The notes under the pieces are model-generated. The model was not told the DNA's origin and made no database searches. It saw only the letters and a program-made list of their open reading frames with translations. A DNA stretch of 64,000 nucleotides from Candidatus Krumholzibacteriia bacterium (lineage in GTDB: Bacteria; Krumholzibacteriota; Krumholzibacteriia; LZORAL124-64-63). The translations under genes and the position numbers were made by a program. Within the stretch, counting starts at the first letter, position 1. Each line of letters starts with the position of its first letter. The DNA lies in the NCBI GenBank assembly GCA_942492615.1, contig CALOFL010000004.1, positions 4,847 to 68,846 on the forward strand, in the 5' to 3' direction. Shown in pieces: positions 29,831-40,453 of the stretch.

Positions 29831-30997
29831 ATGAAGCGGAAGATCAGCGTATCGCCATCCTGACCGGCGGCGGTGACGTGCCCGGCCTGAATTCGGCCAT
29901 GAAACAGGTCGTCTAGCCGGGCCCACAAGGCTGGGCATCGAGGTCGTGGGCTTCCGGCGGGGCTGGGGTGGGCTGGCCAACTACCGCCCCGACGGCGACG
30001 ACGCCTGGAACAGGCAATGGGTCACGAAGCTCGACTGGGAGCATGTGCGGACCATCGATCGGACCGGGGGGACCTTTCTCCACACGTCGCGGACCAACCC
30101 CGCCAAGGTTCGTGAAAAGGACATGCCGGACCATCTGCGCGTGCCGGGCCAGACCTATCCCGCCGACATCACCGATACGATCGTCGCCAACCACGAAGCC
30201 CTGGAAATCGACTCCTTGATTCCCATCGGCGGCGACGACACGCTCAGCTACGCCGCCCGCCTGAACGAGGCCGGCTACCCCCAGGTCGCCATCCCCAAGA
30301 CCATGGACAACGACGTCTACGGCACCGACTACTGCATCGGGTTCGGGACGGCCATCACCCGGTCGGTCCAGGCCATCAACGATCTGCGCACGCCGATCGG
30401 CAGCCACGAGCGTATCGGCCTGATCGAGCTGTTCGGGCGCAACAGCGGCGAGACCTCCCTGATCGCCAGCTACCTGGCCAGCGTCGACCGCGCGGTCATC
30501 TCCGAAGTGCCCTTCGACGTCGAGAAACTGGCCGAGATGGTCGTGAAGGACTACGACAACAATCCCAGCCACTACTCGGTGATGACCATCAGTGAAGGTG
30601 CCATCCCCATCGGCGGCGAGGTCATGCAGACCGGTGAAGAAGACGCCTACGGCCACAAGAAGCTCGGCGGAGTGGGCCTGTGGACGGCGGAGAAAATCAA
30701 GAAGCTGACCGGAAAAGACGTTACATATCAGCAGCTGGGCTATATGATGCGCTGCGGTGCCCCGGATGCCCTGGACCGCATGGTGGCCATGAATTTCGGC
30801 AACCTGGCCATGGACATGCTGCTTGACGGCGCCAGCGGGTTGATGACCGCGCTGCAGGACGGCAAGTACACGACCGTCGCGCTTGAATTCGGTCATCGAG
30901 GGCGTCAAGCGGGTGGATGTGGACCGGTTCTACGACGTGGACGAGTACCGTCCCCACATTCGGCGGGTCGAAAACCTACCCATGTTCCTCAGGTAAG
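29831..30997 (+). CDS. pfk: 6-phosphofructokinase (PFK-A family), disrupted by frameshifts at both ends
   Basis: N-terminal [22 protein letters not shown] is out of frame with MKRK and with the body ([14 protein letters not shown]…GGDDT…MGR… region); C-terminal [22 protein letters not shown]… in another frame after ~30890. Confidence 0.7.
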
Positions 30998-31029
30998 CGG
31001 AAGTCGAGCAATCTTCGCCCATGAATTGC

Positions 31030-32740
31030 GCATGAATCGCCAAAGGATCATTCGTCTGCTGCTCTCGGTAGCGGTTTTTGCCGCCGCCGCGTTCCTTTTG
31101 CGCGGGTACACGACCGACGACACGTTCATCCATCTCCGTTACGCCCAGAACCTGATCGACCTCGGTGAATTCTCCTTCAATCCCGGGCACGACACCTACG
31201 GCGCCACCAGCCCCCTGTGGGTGTTCGGCCTCGTCCTGCTGCTCAAGCTGGGCATCGAGCCGCTGGCCGCGGCCTGGTTCCTGGGGTGCGTCTCGGGCCT
31301 CGCCGTCATCCTGATCGTCGATGCGATCGTGGAGCGCCTGTCCCTGCCGGGTGGCTGGCAGATGGCTTTCATGCTCGTCCTGGTCAGCGACGTCTGGTTC
31401 CTGCGCTGGACGTTTTCGGGGATGGAAACGCCGCTGGCCACCGCCCTGCTGACCTTTCTTCTGTGGCCCCTGGTCTCGCGTCGGCACCGGGTCTGGGCCC
31501 AACCGCGGTCCGCTGTGGCACGCGGTACCTGGCCTGGGGGGTGCCTGGCGGGCTGGCGGGTCTGGTGCGTCCGGAGCTCCTGGTGGTCGTGCCCCTGGCC
31601 CTGCCGTGGCTCCTGTGGTTCGAATATTTCCGGGCCGGATCGATCGGTGGGGCACCCGCCCGTTTCCTGGCCCGGCCGCACGCGCCGCTCGCGGCGGCGA
31701 CCGGCGGCTGGGCGGTGGTGGTCCTGCCGTGGCTCATCTTCGCCTGGGTCCGCTTCGGCCGGCTGGTGCCCGAGACCGTCAGCGCGAAGACCGGGGGGCT
31801 GTCGTTCGACCCCACGCTGATCTTTCCGAATCTGTTCCGCTCGGTCAGCATGCTGGCGGTGACCCAGGGGCCGCTGTGGGTCGGCCTGATCCTGATCGCG
31901 GTCCTCGTGCTGCGGCGGCACCAGGACCCGGATGCGCCGGCGGCGGCCTGGTACGCCGAGGATCACGGACACCCGGGGATATCCCACCAGCAGGGCACCG
32001 GCCCCTGGTCCGTCTGGGGCCCCATGGCCCTGGTCGGCGTCGTGGCCACCTGGAGCGCCGTCCTGCTCGGCGGCTTCGCCGTGAAACAGGTCTGGGTCAT
32101 CTCCAGATACGTCAGCCCCCTGGCCCCGGCGCTGCTGCTGGCCATGAGTGTCATCACCGAGTGGCTGCTGCGCGGGGCCGCGGTGACCCGCCCCATGTTG
32201 CGCAGTGGTCGGGGCATCATCATGGCGGCGGTGATCGCAACCGTCCTGATGAACTGGTGGGTCTTCAGCCAGCAGTTGTTGCCCCACGCTCGGAATTTTC
32301 CCGTGGGTCTCGATGAATGCTATCTGGAAATGGGTGCGTGGTTGAAGGAGAACACCCCGGAAGATGCGGTGGTCGCGGCCCTGGACATCGGCGCCCTGGG
32401 CTACGCGAGCCAGCGGCCCGTCCTGGACCTGATGGGTCTGGTCAGCCCCGAGATCCTCAAGCTGGGCCGGGAGATGGGGTTCCGGGAAATGGTCGAAAGC
32501 GGTGCTTGGCTCGAGGCGGGGTCCACCGCCGCGGGGCAGCGGCCGCAACCTTCGTATTTCGTCGACCGCAGCGAGGGCCTTCCCCGCTGGGCGGACAAGA
32601 CGGTCAACGGCGTCCGTTTCGAGGTCCTGGATTCCTGCATCATCGCAGGCGTGGGCTTGAACGAGCCGCAGCCCTGGACGGTGACCCTCTACCGCCTGAC
32701 CTCGACCGCCAGCGGGGTCAATTCCTCCACCGGCGGGTAG
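31030..32740 (+). CDS. polytopic integral membrane protein (possible glycosyltransferase-39-like fold), one frameshift near 31480
   Basis: many TM segments ([37 protein letters not shown], …) continuing into ORF 31217..32740 in another frame. Confidence 0.4.
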
Positions 32741-34008
32741 TTCTCCGCCGTCAGCCTCTTGAGAACCAGCAGACTGACGTCGTCGTCGAAGGGCAGCCCG
32801 CCGCCGTACTTCCGGACCGCAGCGACGATCTTCTCCGCGATTTCCGCCGCCGGCCGGTCCATGTACTTCAAGGTCGTGGCCACCAGTCCCTCCAGCCCGA
32901 ACTCCTTGACCTTCGCCTCGTGCTCGTGGCTGTCCGGATGATGCCGTTCGGTCACGCCGTCGGTGTAGATCACCAGCACCTCGCCGGGCTTGACGGTGAC
33001 GTAACCGCGGCGGTAGACGGCGTCGGGCAGGGGACCGAGCACGGGACCGCTGGACTTCAGTTCGAAGACCTCATTGTCCGGAGTCAGCAGCAAGGGCAGG
33101 CAGTGGCCGCCGTTGACGTAGACGAGGTTGCCGGACTGCTCGATCTCCCCGTAGAACAGCGAGATGAAGCGGCTGGCCAGACCGCTGTTGTTGATGACGC
33201 GGTTCAGGCGGCTGACCGTGGCGGTGATCTTCTCGCCGTTGGCCTGCCCCATCCGCATGCCGATCACGACGTCGCGCGCCTGCAGGGCCGCCGGCAGGCC
33301 GTGGCCGCTGGCGTCGGCGACCATCAGGCCGATCACGCCGTCTTCCACGTGCTGGACGTCGTAGACGTCGCCGCCCACCTCCTCGGCCGGATGGCTGACG
33401 GCCGCGATGTCGAAGCCCTCGAGGGCCGGCAGCGGGCTGGGCAGCAACGACTGCTGGATGACGCGGGCCTGGCGCATCTGGCTGGCCAGGATCTGCTCGC
33501 GCAGCTTCATGCCCACGGCTGCCCGGATGGTCTCCAGCAGAACGCGCAAGTCCTCTTCGCTGCCGTGGTGCTTGATGCCGAGGCTGAGGATGTAGCTCGG
33601 GTCCCGGCCGATGAGGATGGCCGCCGAGTCGAGCGTGCTGAACTGGGCTTCGACCTCGGGATCCCAGCCGGGCGTTTCCGGCGAGACGACCCACAGCCGC
33701 CGGCGCTCGATGTCCTTGACCACCTGGTAGGACTTGCTGACGGTCTTGCCGGCGATGGCCGGGCCGAGTTCACCGATGCTTTCGATCAGCCGGTAGAGCT
33801 TCTTCTCTTCGCGGTACAGGCGGCCGCTGTCGATGCCGAACGAGGACGCCTCCGGACTCTCGACCAGGAGATGCAGGATCTCCAGCAGCATCTTCTCGTC
33901 GCCGGCGGAGTGGTCGATCCTCTCCAGCAGGCTTTCCACCGTGCGGTATAGATGTTTGTGCAAGGGGCCCTCCCGGGCGTTTCGGGTACTCCGTTCGCTT
34001 GGCGGCAA
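32689..34008 (-). CDS. PP2C-family serine phosphatase (SpoIIE/RsbU-like) with N-terminal sensor (GAF-like) region
   Basis: catalytic motifs GGDVYDV, LMVADASGHG, YTDGVTE, the C-terminal D-rich motif FDDDVSLLVLKR. Confidence 0.7.
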   Translation of the reverse strand: MPPSERSTRNAREGPLHKHLYRTVESLLERIDHSAGDEKMLLEILHLLVESPEASSFGIDSGRLYREEKKLYRLIESIGELGPAIAGKTVSKSYQVVKDIERRRLWVVSPETPGWDPEVEAQFSTLDSAAILIGRDPSYILSLGIKHHGSEEDLRVLLETIRAAVGMKLREQILASQMRQARVIQQSLLPSPLPALEGFDIAAVSHPAEEVGGDVYDVQHVEDGVIGLMVADASGHGLPAALQARDVVIGMRMGQANGEKITATVSRLNRVINNSGLASRFISLFYGEIEQSGNLVYVNGGHCLPLLLTPDNEVFELKSSGPVLGPLPDAVYRRGYVTVKPGEVLVIYTDGVTERHHPDSHEHEAKVKEFGLEGLVATTLKYMDRPAAEIAEKIVAAVRKYGGGLPFDDDVSLLVLKRLTAENYPPVEELTPLAVEVRR

Positions 34009-34060
34009 GGTATCACATCACGGCCGTACGGGCCAATGTCGGGCGTTAGTATTTAATTAA

Positions 34061-35084
<1,024 letters not shown>

Positions 35085-35978
35085 GTGAGCACCCTGCTCA
35101 CTCCGGAAATCGTCGGCCGCCTCGGCCGGCTGGACCTGGTGGCCCGCCTGGTGGTCGAAGGTTTCCTGACGGGTCTCCACAAGAGCCCTTACCACGGTTT
35201 CAGCGCCGAGTTCGCGGAGTACCGGCAGTACATTCCCGGCGAACCGGTCGCCAACATGGACTGGCGGGTGTACGCCAAGACCGATCGCCACTACCTCAAG
35301 GTCTTCACCGAGGAGACGAACCTCCGGGCCACCCTGCTGGTGGACTGCTCGGCGAGCATGGATTTCAGCGGACATCCCGACCGGCCCTCCAAGAAGAAGT
35401 ACGCCAGCTACCTGGCCGCGGCCCTCAGTTACCTGCTGCTGAAGCAGAACGACGCCGTCGGACTGGTGACCTTCGACGAGACGCCCCTGGCCCGGGTGCC
35501 GGCCCGGTCCATGCGGAAGCAGCTGTTCCAGGTGCTGAAGGTGCTGGACGATCTGCCGGCCGGAAGCGGCACGAATCTGGGCGAGGTGCTGCACCGGGTG
35601 GCCGAACGGGTACAGCGACGGGGCCTGATCCTGCTGCTGAGCGACCTGATGGATGATCCGGCGGCCATCATGTCCGGGCTCAAGCATTTCCGTCACCAGG
35701 GGCATGAGGTCGTGGTCTTCCAGATTCTGGACCCGCGTGAGACCGATCTGGATTTCGACGGCGAGGTGGAGTTCGAATCCCTCGAGGAACCGGGCCGCCG
35801 GATCCGTCTCGAACCGGCCCACATGCGGGACGGCTACATCGAGCGTTTCGAGGCGTGGCGGCATGAACTGCGCCGTGAATGCCGGCGGCAGCTGGTCGAT
35901 CTGGTGGAGATCACCACCGACAGCCCCTTCGAGAAAGGCCTGGGCGCCTACCTCAGAAAGCGGCGGCGGTTGTACTGA
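35085..35978 (+). CDS. DUF58-family protein (MoxR partner), start uncertain
   Basis: [51 protein letters not shown]…DWRVYAKTD typical of DUF58; there is no in-frame stop between the MoxR C-terminus and this region, so the GTG at 35085 was chosen provisionally. Confidence 0.5.
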   Translation: MSTLLTPEIVGRLGRLDLVARLVVEGFLTGLHKSPYHGFSAEFAEYRQYIPGEPVANMDWRVYAKTDRHYLKVFTEETNLRATLLVDCSASMDFSGHPDRPSKKKYASYLAAALSYLLLKQNDAVGLVTFDETPLARVPARSMRKQLFQVLKVLDDLPAGSGTNLGEVLHRVAERVQRRGLILLLSDLMDDPAAIMSGLKHFRHQGHEVVVFQILDPRETDLDFDGEVEFESLEEPGRRIRLEPAHMRDGYIERFEAWRHELRRECRRQLVDLVEITTDSPFEKGLGAYLRKRRRLY

Positions 35979-38107
35979 TGCCCTTGTCCTTCATGAATCC
36001 CGCTCTCCTGTTCGGAGCCGCCGCGGCCGCGCTGCCGGTGATCATCCATTTCCTCAGCCGGCGCAAGGTCAATCGGCGGCCGTTCAGCGACCTGCGTTTC
36101 CTCGACGAGGTCCGCTCGCGGCAGGCCCGGAGCCTCGGGCTGCGGCGCTGGCTGCTGTTGCTCCTGCGCGTCTTGGCCATCCTGCTGGTGGCCCTGGCCG
36201 CATCGGGGCCGCGGTGGGGCGGTGTCGGCGCCGGCAGCGGAACCCGCTCGGTGCTGTTCGTGATCGACACCAGCGCCAGCATGGACACCCAGACCGACCA
36301 GGGCACGCGGCTGGGGGACGGCCTTGCCGCCTGCGCCGACATGATCGGCGCCCTGCCTGAAGAGGCGGCGGTCCAGATCCTGACCGTCGGCAGCCGCGTG
36401 ACGACCCTGTTCGGCGACTGGCTGCCCGCGGGCGCCGGTGCGGTAGCGGGGCTCGAGGTGGTCGCGATCACCGACGGCGCCTTCGATCTTGCCGCCGGCC
36501 TCAGGGAAGCCGCTCGCCTGGTCGCCCGCGCGCCCGGCTCCCCGGTCGAGGTCATTCTCATCAGCGATTTGCAGGACGCCGGGCCCGACGCGGCCGCCGG
36601 TGAGGCGCTGCAGGAGGCGGTCGGCCGGCTGACGGACGCGGGCGCCACCCGCTTCCTGGTGTTGAAAGTCGGACCCGCGGCCGAGGGCGGCGGCATCGTC
36701 GGTATCGATCTGCCCTCCCGGGTGCTGCGACCGGGCGAGAGCATCACCGTGGCGGCCCGCGTCACGGCCCAGTATCCGGAGCAGGTGTTCTCCCTCGAAC
36801 TGGACGGCCGTGCCGTCGCCGAAGCGGTCAGCAGCAAGCGACCCGGCGAGCTCGAAGTGGTGGAGTTCCCCCTGACGGTGCCGGCGACCGGACTGCATCT
36901 GGGCAGCATCCGCAAGGAAAGCGATCCATTTCCCGGGGACGACAGCCGCCCCTTTGTCCTGGCCGTCCCCACCGGTGTCGATGTCCTGGTCGTTCACGGC
37001 CGGGACCGTCCCGTCGATTCCCGCGCCGGTCGCGGCGGTTGGCGCTACTTCTCCGAAGCGCTGGCCCCGGGCGGGGAAACGGGGGCTTTTCGGGTCCGGA
37101 GCTTGGACGTAGCCGATCTGACCACCGGCGCGATCGACGCCAGTGACGTTGTGGTGTTCATCGACCCGGACCCCCTGGGCCGTCGGCTCACCGAGGCGCT
37201 GACCGTCTGGCTGGCCGAAGGCGGGGCCGCCCTGTTCCTGGTCGGCGAACCCACTGCTGCCGGCTACCTGGATGCTTCCCTGCTGCCGGCGCTGGGCCTA
37301 CCGGTCGGCGCCGAGTTCCAGAGCGTGACGGCTCCCGGACAGCGACCGCGCGTGATCGACGCCGCCCATCCGATCTTCCAGGGCCTCGAGCGCGAAGCGG
37401 TCGGCACCTTCGAGGACATCATGTGGCGTCGGTGGATCCGGCTCGCCGAAGGCGATGCGCGGGCCCTGCTGGTGCTGACGGGGGAAGACCCCCTGCTGAT
37501 CGAGGGCTCCCTGGGCGAGGGGCGGTTTGCCGTTCTGCCTTTCGATCTCGAACCGGCGGCCAGCGATCTGGCCGCCAGTCCCATGGCCCTGCCTTTCTTC
37601 CAGCGCCTGGTGGCCTGGCTCGCCGGCGCCGGCGAGAGTTCGGGCGCCCTCAACACGACTGTCGGCAGCGAGGCCAGGGTGCGGCCGCGCTTGGCGGCGC
37701 CCGGCGCCGGTCTGGACCGGATGGAAAACCTCCAGGTCATCGACACCGGTGGCCTGGTCACCGGCACCCCGGCCCTCGGCTGGCGGGCGGGACGTCCGCA
37801 GCTCTCGGCCGGCGTGGTCGACCGGGCCGGGTTTATTACCTTCCTGTCCGACGGCGATACGCTGGGGATCGTCGCGGCCGGCATTCCCGCGGCGGAATCG
37901 GCGTTGGAGCTGCTGGACGTCCCGGCCTGGCAGGCTTTCATGGCCGCCCTGGGCCTGGCGACGGCCGGAGACCTGACCGGCGCGGATCCCGAGCAGATCA
38001 TGATCGCCCTGGGCGGCCGGAATCTGGCGCCGTGGTTTCTGCTGGCGGCCATGCTCCTGCTCGCGGTCGAATTGGGCGTCGGGCGGGGCGTCGCCGCGCG
38101 GGCCTGA
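35978..38107 (+). CDS. BatA-like protein: N-terminal double-TM anchor plus vWA domain, long C-terminal extension
   Basis: ATG overlaps the DUF58 stop (TGATG); N-terminal LLFGAAAAALPVIIHFLSRRK motif; DxSxS MIDAS (FVIDTSASMD). Confidence 0.6.
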   Translation: MPLSFMNPALLFGAAAAALPVIIHFLSRRKVNRRPFSDLRFLDEVRSRQARSLGLRRWLLLLLRVLAILLVALAASGPRWGGVGAGSGTRSVLFVIDTSASMDTQTDQGTRLGDGLAACADMIGALPEEAAVQILTVGSRVTTLFGDWLPAGAGAVAGLEVVAITDGAFDLAAGLREAARLVARAPGSPVEVILISDLQDAGPDAAAGEALQEAVGRLTDAGATRFLVLKVGPAAEGGGIVGIDLPSRVLRPGESITVAARVTAQYPEQVFSLELDGRAVAEAVSSKRPGELEVVEFPLTVPATGLHLGSIRKESDPFPGDDSRPFVLAVPTGVDVLVVHGRDRPVDSRAGRGGWRYFSEALAPGGETGAFRVRSLDVADLTTGAIDASDVVVFIDPDPLGRRLTEALTVWLAEGGAALFLVGEPTAAGYLDASLLPALGLPVGAEFQSVTAPGQRPRVIDAAHPIFQGLEREAVGTFEDIMWRRWIRLAEGDARALLVLTGEDPLLIEGSLGEGRFAVLPFDLEPAASDLAASPMALPFFQRLVAWLAGAGESSGALNTTVGSEARVRPRLAAPGAGLDRMENLQVIDTGGLVTGTPALGWRAGRPQLSAGVVDRAGFITFLSDGDTLGIVAAGIPAAESALELLDVPAWQAFMAALGLATAGDLTGADPEQIMIALGGRNLAPWFLLAAMLLLAVELGVGRGVAARA

Positions 38108-38162
38108 TACGCCGTCGCGGTGGAACCCGGCCGTTCCCTGCCGGTCGCATCGTTGCGATATC

Positions 38163-38200
38163 TTGAAAAACCACAATTTTGCTCTAACTTTAGGGACATC
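38163..38200 (+). promoter_or_regulatory. candidate sigma70-like promoter upstream of nifU
   Basis: TTGAAA …17 nt… A/T-rich -10-like element in an AT-rich intergenic stretch ~80 nt before the nifU ATG; weak. Confidence 0.2.
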
Positions 38201-38274
38201 CGCTGTTCAAGCACGGATCGCCCCACCATTGGCAGGGGTGGGCATCCCTTCGCGAGGCCAAGGAGCCGTCCGCC

Positions 38275-39180
38275 ATGTGGAACTATTCGGAAAAGGTTTT
38301 CGACCATTTCATGAACCCGCGCAACGTCGGCGAGGTCGAGAATCCCGACGGCGTGGGCGAAGTGGGCTCGATGGCCTGCGGCGACGCCCTGCGGCTGTCG
38401 TTCAGGCTCGATGACCAGGGTCGTATCGCCGACGCCAGGTTCCAGACCTTCGGCTGCGGCAGCGCCATCGCCTCGAGCAGCGTGCTGACAGAAATGGTCA
38501 AGGGCAAGACGCTCGAAGAAGCGGCGCGGATCACGAACGAGGATATCGCCGCCGAGCTCGACGGTCTGCCGCGCGAGAAGATGCACTGCTCGGTCATGGG
38601 CCGGGAGGCGCTCGAAGCAGCGATGATCGACCACTACCAGCGTCTGGGCCGGGGCGTGCCCTGCCATCTGCTGCACCAGTCCACCCTGCTGTGCCACTGC
38701 TTCCAGGTGACCAAGGATACGGTCAAGGAGGCCATCGAAGCCCACCGGCTGCGCGAGGTCGAAGACGTCACCCACTACACCAAGGCCGGCGGCGGTTGCG
38801 GCGACTGCCACCACGACATCAGCGATATGATTCGCGATTTCTGGGATCGCGTGGAACGCGGCGAGGCCGAGCCGGCGGCGACCGCCGGCGGCCTGATCCA
38901 GCTGGCTGAGATCGCCCCGCCGCGTCCTGTCGAGCACCGGCCCGAAGACGCGCCGATCGTGGCCCGGATCCAGGAGCAGCTGGACAACGAGATCGCCCTG
39001 GCCCTGCGCAACGACGGTGGCGACATCGAGTTCGTGCGCTACCGGGAGGGTAAGGTCTATGTCCGCCTGACGGGGAACTGCGCCGCCTGCCTGGCCTCCG
39101 ACGCCACGATCAAGGGCACCGTCGAATCGCATCTCCGGGAGTTCGTCGGCGAAGATCTTGAAGTGATCGAGGTGGATTGA
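38275..39180 (+). CDS. nifU: full-length three-domain NifU (IscU-like scaffold + BFD-like 2Fe-2S + C-terminal Nfu domain)
   Basis: N-terminal scaffold Cys (GSMACGD, FGCGSAIASSS, HCS); central CxxC…CGDCH; C-terminal GNCAACLAS. Confidence 0.85.
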   Translation: MWNYSEKVFDHFMNPRNVGEVENPDGVGEVGSMACGDALRLSFRLDDQGRIADARFQTFGCGSAIASSSVLTEMVKGKTLEEAARITNEDIAAELDGLPREKMHCSVMGREALEAAMIDHYQRLGRGVPCHLLHQSTLLCHCFQVTKDTVKEAIEAHRLREVEDVTHYTKAGGGCGDCHHDISDMIRDFWDRVERGEAEPAATAGGLIQLAEIAPPRPVEHRPEDAPIVARIQEQLDNEIALALRNDGGDIEFVRYREGKVYVRLTGNCAACLASDATIKGTVESHLREFVGEDLEVIEVD

Positions 39181-40409
39181 CCATGGCGGACAACCAGCGC
39201 TTCAACCTCATGGAAGGTCTGCCGCCCCGGCCGGACCGCGACATCTACTTCGACAACAACGCCACGACTCCGGTGGCGCCGGAGGTCGTCGCGGCGATGG
39301 TGCCGCTGTTGACCGACCACTTCGGCAACCCCTCGAGCATGCATTCGTTCGGCGCCCGCGCCGGCGAAGAGGTGGCCCGGGCCCGCGACAAGGTCCAGGC
39401 GATGCTCGGCGCCGCCCAGACCAGCGAGATCGTCTTTACCAGCGGCGGTTCCGAGAGCGACAACCTGGCCATCGTGGGCACGCTGCACGCCTACCCGGAA
39501 AAACGGCACCTGATCACCAGCGCCGTGGAACACCCGGCCGTGCTGGGTCTGTGCCGGGACCTGGAGAAGCGGCACGGCTACGAGGTCACCTACCTGAAGG
39601 TCGACCAGTACGGGCGGCTGGACCTGGATGAGTTGCGGGATTCCCTGCGCGACGACACGGCGATCGTGTCGGTGATGATGGCCAATAACGAGACCGGCGT
39701 CATCTTCGACACCGAGCAGATCGGACAGATCGTCAAGGCGCACGGGTCGGTCTTCCACGTCGACGGTGTCCAGGCGGCGGGGAAGCTGCCCCTGGACCTG
39801 CAGAACGCGTCCGTCGACCTGTTCTCGATATCCGGGCACAAGCTGCACGCCTCCAAGGGCGTCGGAGCGCTGTACGTGCGCAAGGGGACCAAGCTCCGAC
39901 CGCTGATCGTCGGCGGCCACCAGGAACGGGGCCGCCGCGCCGGGACCGAGAACGTGGCCGCGGTCGCGGGGCTGGGCGTGGCCTGCGAACTGGCCGCGGC
40001 CCACGTCGAGCAGGAGAACACCGACGTGCGCGGCCTGCGGGACCGCCTGGAGGAGGGTCTGCTGGCGGCCATCCCCGATACCCAGGCCAACGGTGATCCC
40101 GGCAGCCGCCTGCCGAACACCACCAACATCAGCTTCAAGTACATCGAAGGCGAAGGCATCCTGCTGCTGCTCGACCGGGTGGGCGTCGCCGCCAGCAGCG
40201 GGTCGGCCTGCACGAGCGGGAGCCTCGAACCTTCTCATGTCTTGCGGGCCATGGGCCTGCCGTTTACCCTGACGCACGGGTCCATCCGTTTTTCGTTGTC
40301 CCGCTACAACACGCGGGAACAGGTGGACTACGTGGTCAAGGCCCTGCCGCCGATCATCGAGAGGCTGCGGATGATCACTCCCTTCAACGAACAGCGCGCC
40401 ACGTTCTGA
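39177..40409 (+). CDS. nifS: cysteine desulfurase, NifS/IscS group
   Basis: IYFDNNATTP; PLP-lysine motif SGHKLHASKGVGALYV; active-site loop SSGSACTSG; overlaps the nifU stop. Confidence 0.9.
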   Translation: MTMADNQRFNLMEGLPPRPDRDIYFDNNATTPVAPEVVAAMVPLLTDHFGNPSSMHSFGARAGEEVARARDKVQAMLGAAQTSEIVFTSGGSESDNLAIVGTLHAYPEKRHLITSAVEHPAVLGLCRDLEKRHGYEVTYLKVDQYGRLDLDELRDSLRDDTAIVSVMMANNETGVIFDTEQIGQIVKAHGSVFHVDGVQAAGKLPLDLQNASVDLFSISGHKLHASKGVGALYVRKGTKLRPLIVGGHQERGRRAGTENVAAVAGLGVACELAAAHVEQENTDVRGLRDRLEEGLLAAIPDTQANGDPGSRLPNTTNISFKYIEGEGILLLLDRVGVAASSGSACTSGSLEPSHVLRAMGLPFTLTHGSIRFSLSRYNTREQVDYVVKALPPIIERLRMITPFNEQRATF

Positions 40410-40453
40410 TCTGGCCGCCGACGCCTGTCCGGCGGCCGCTAGCAAGGTCCGGT

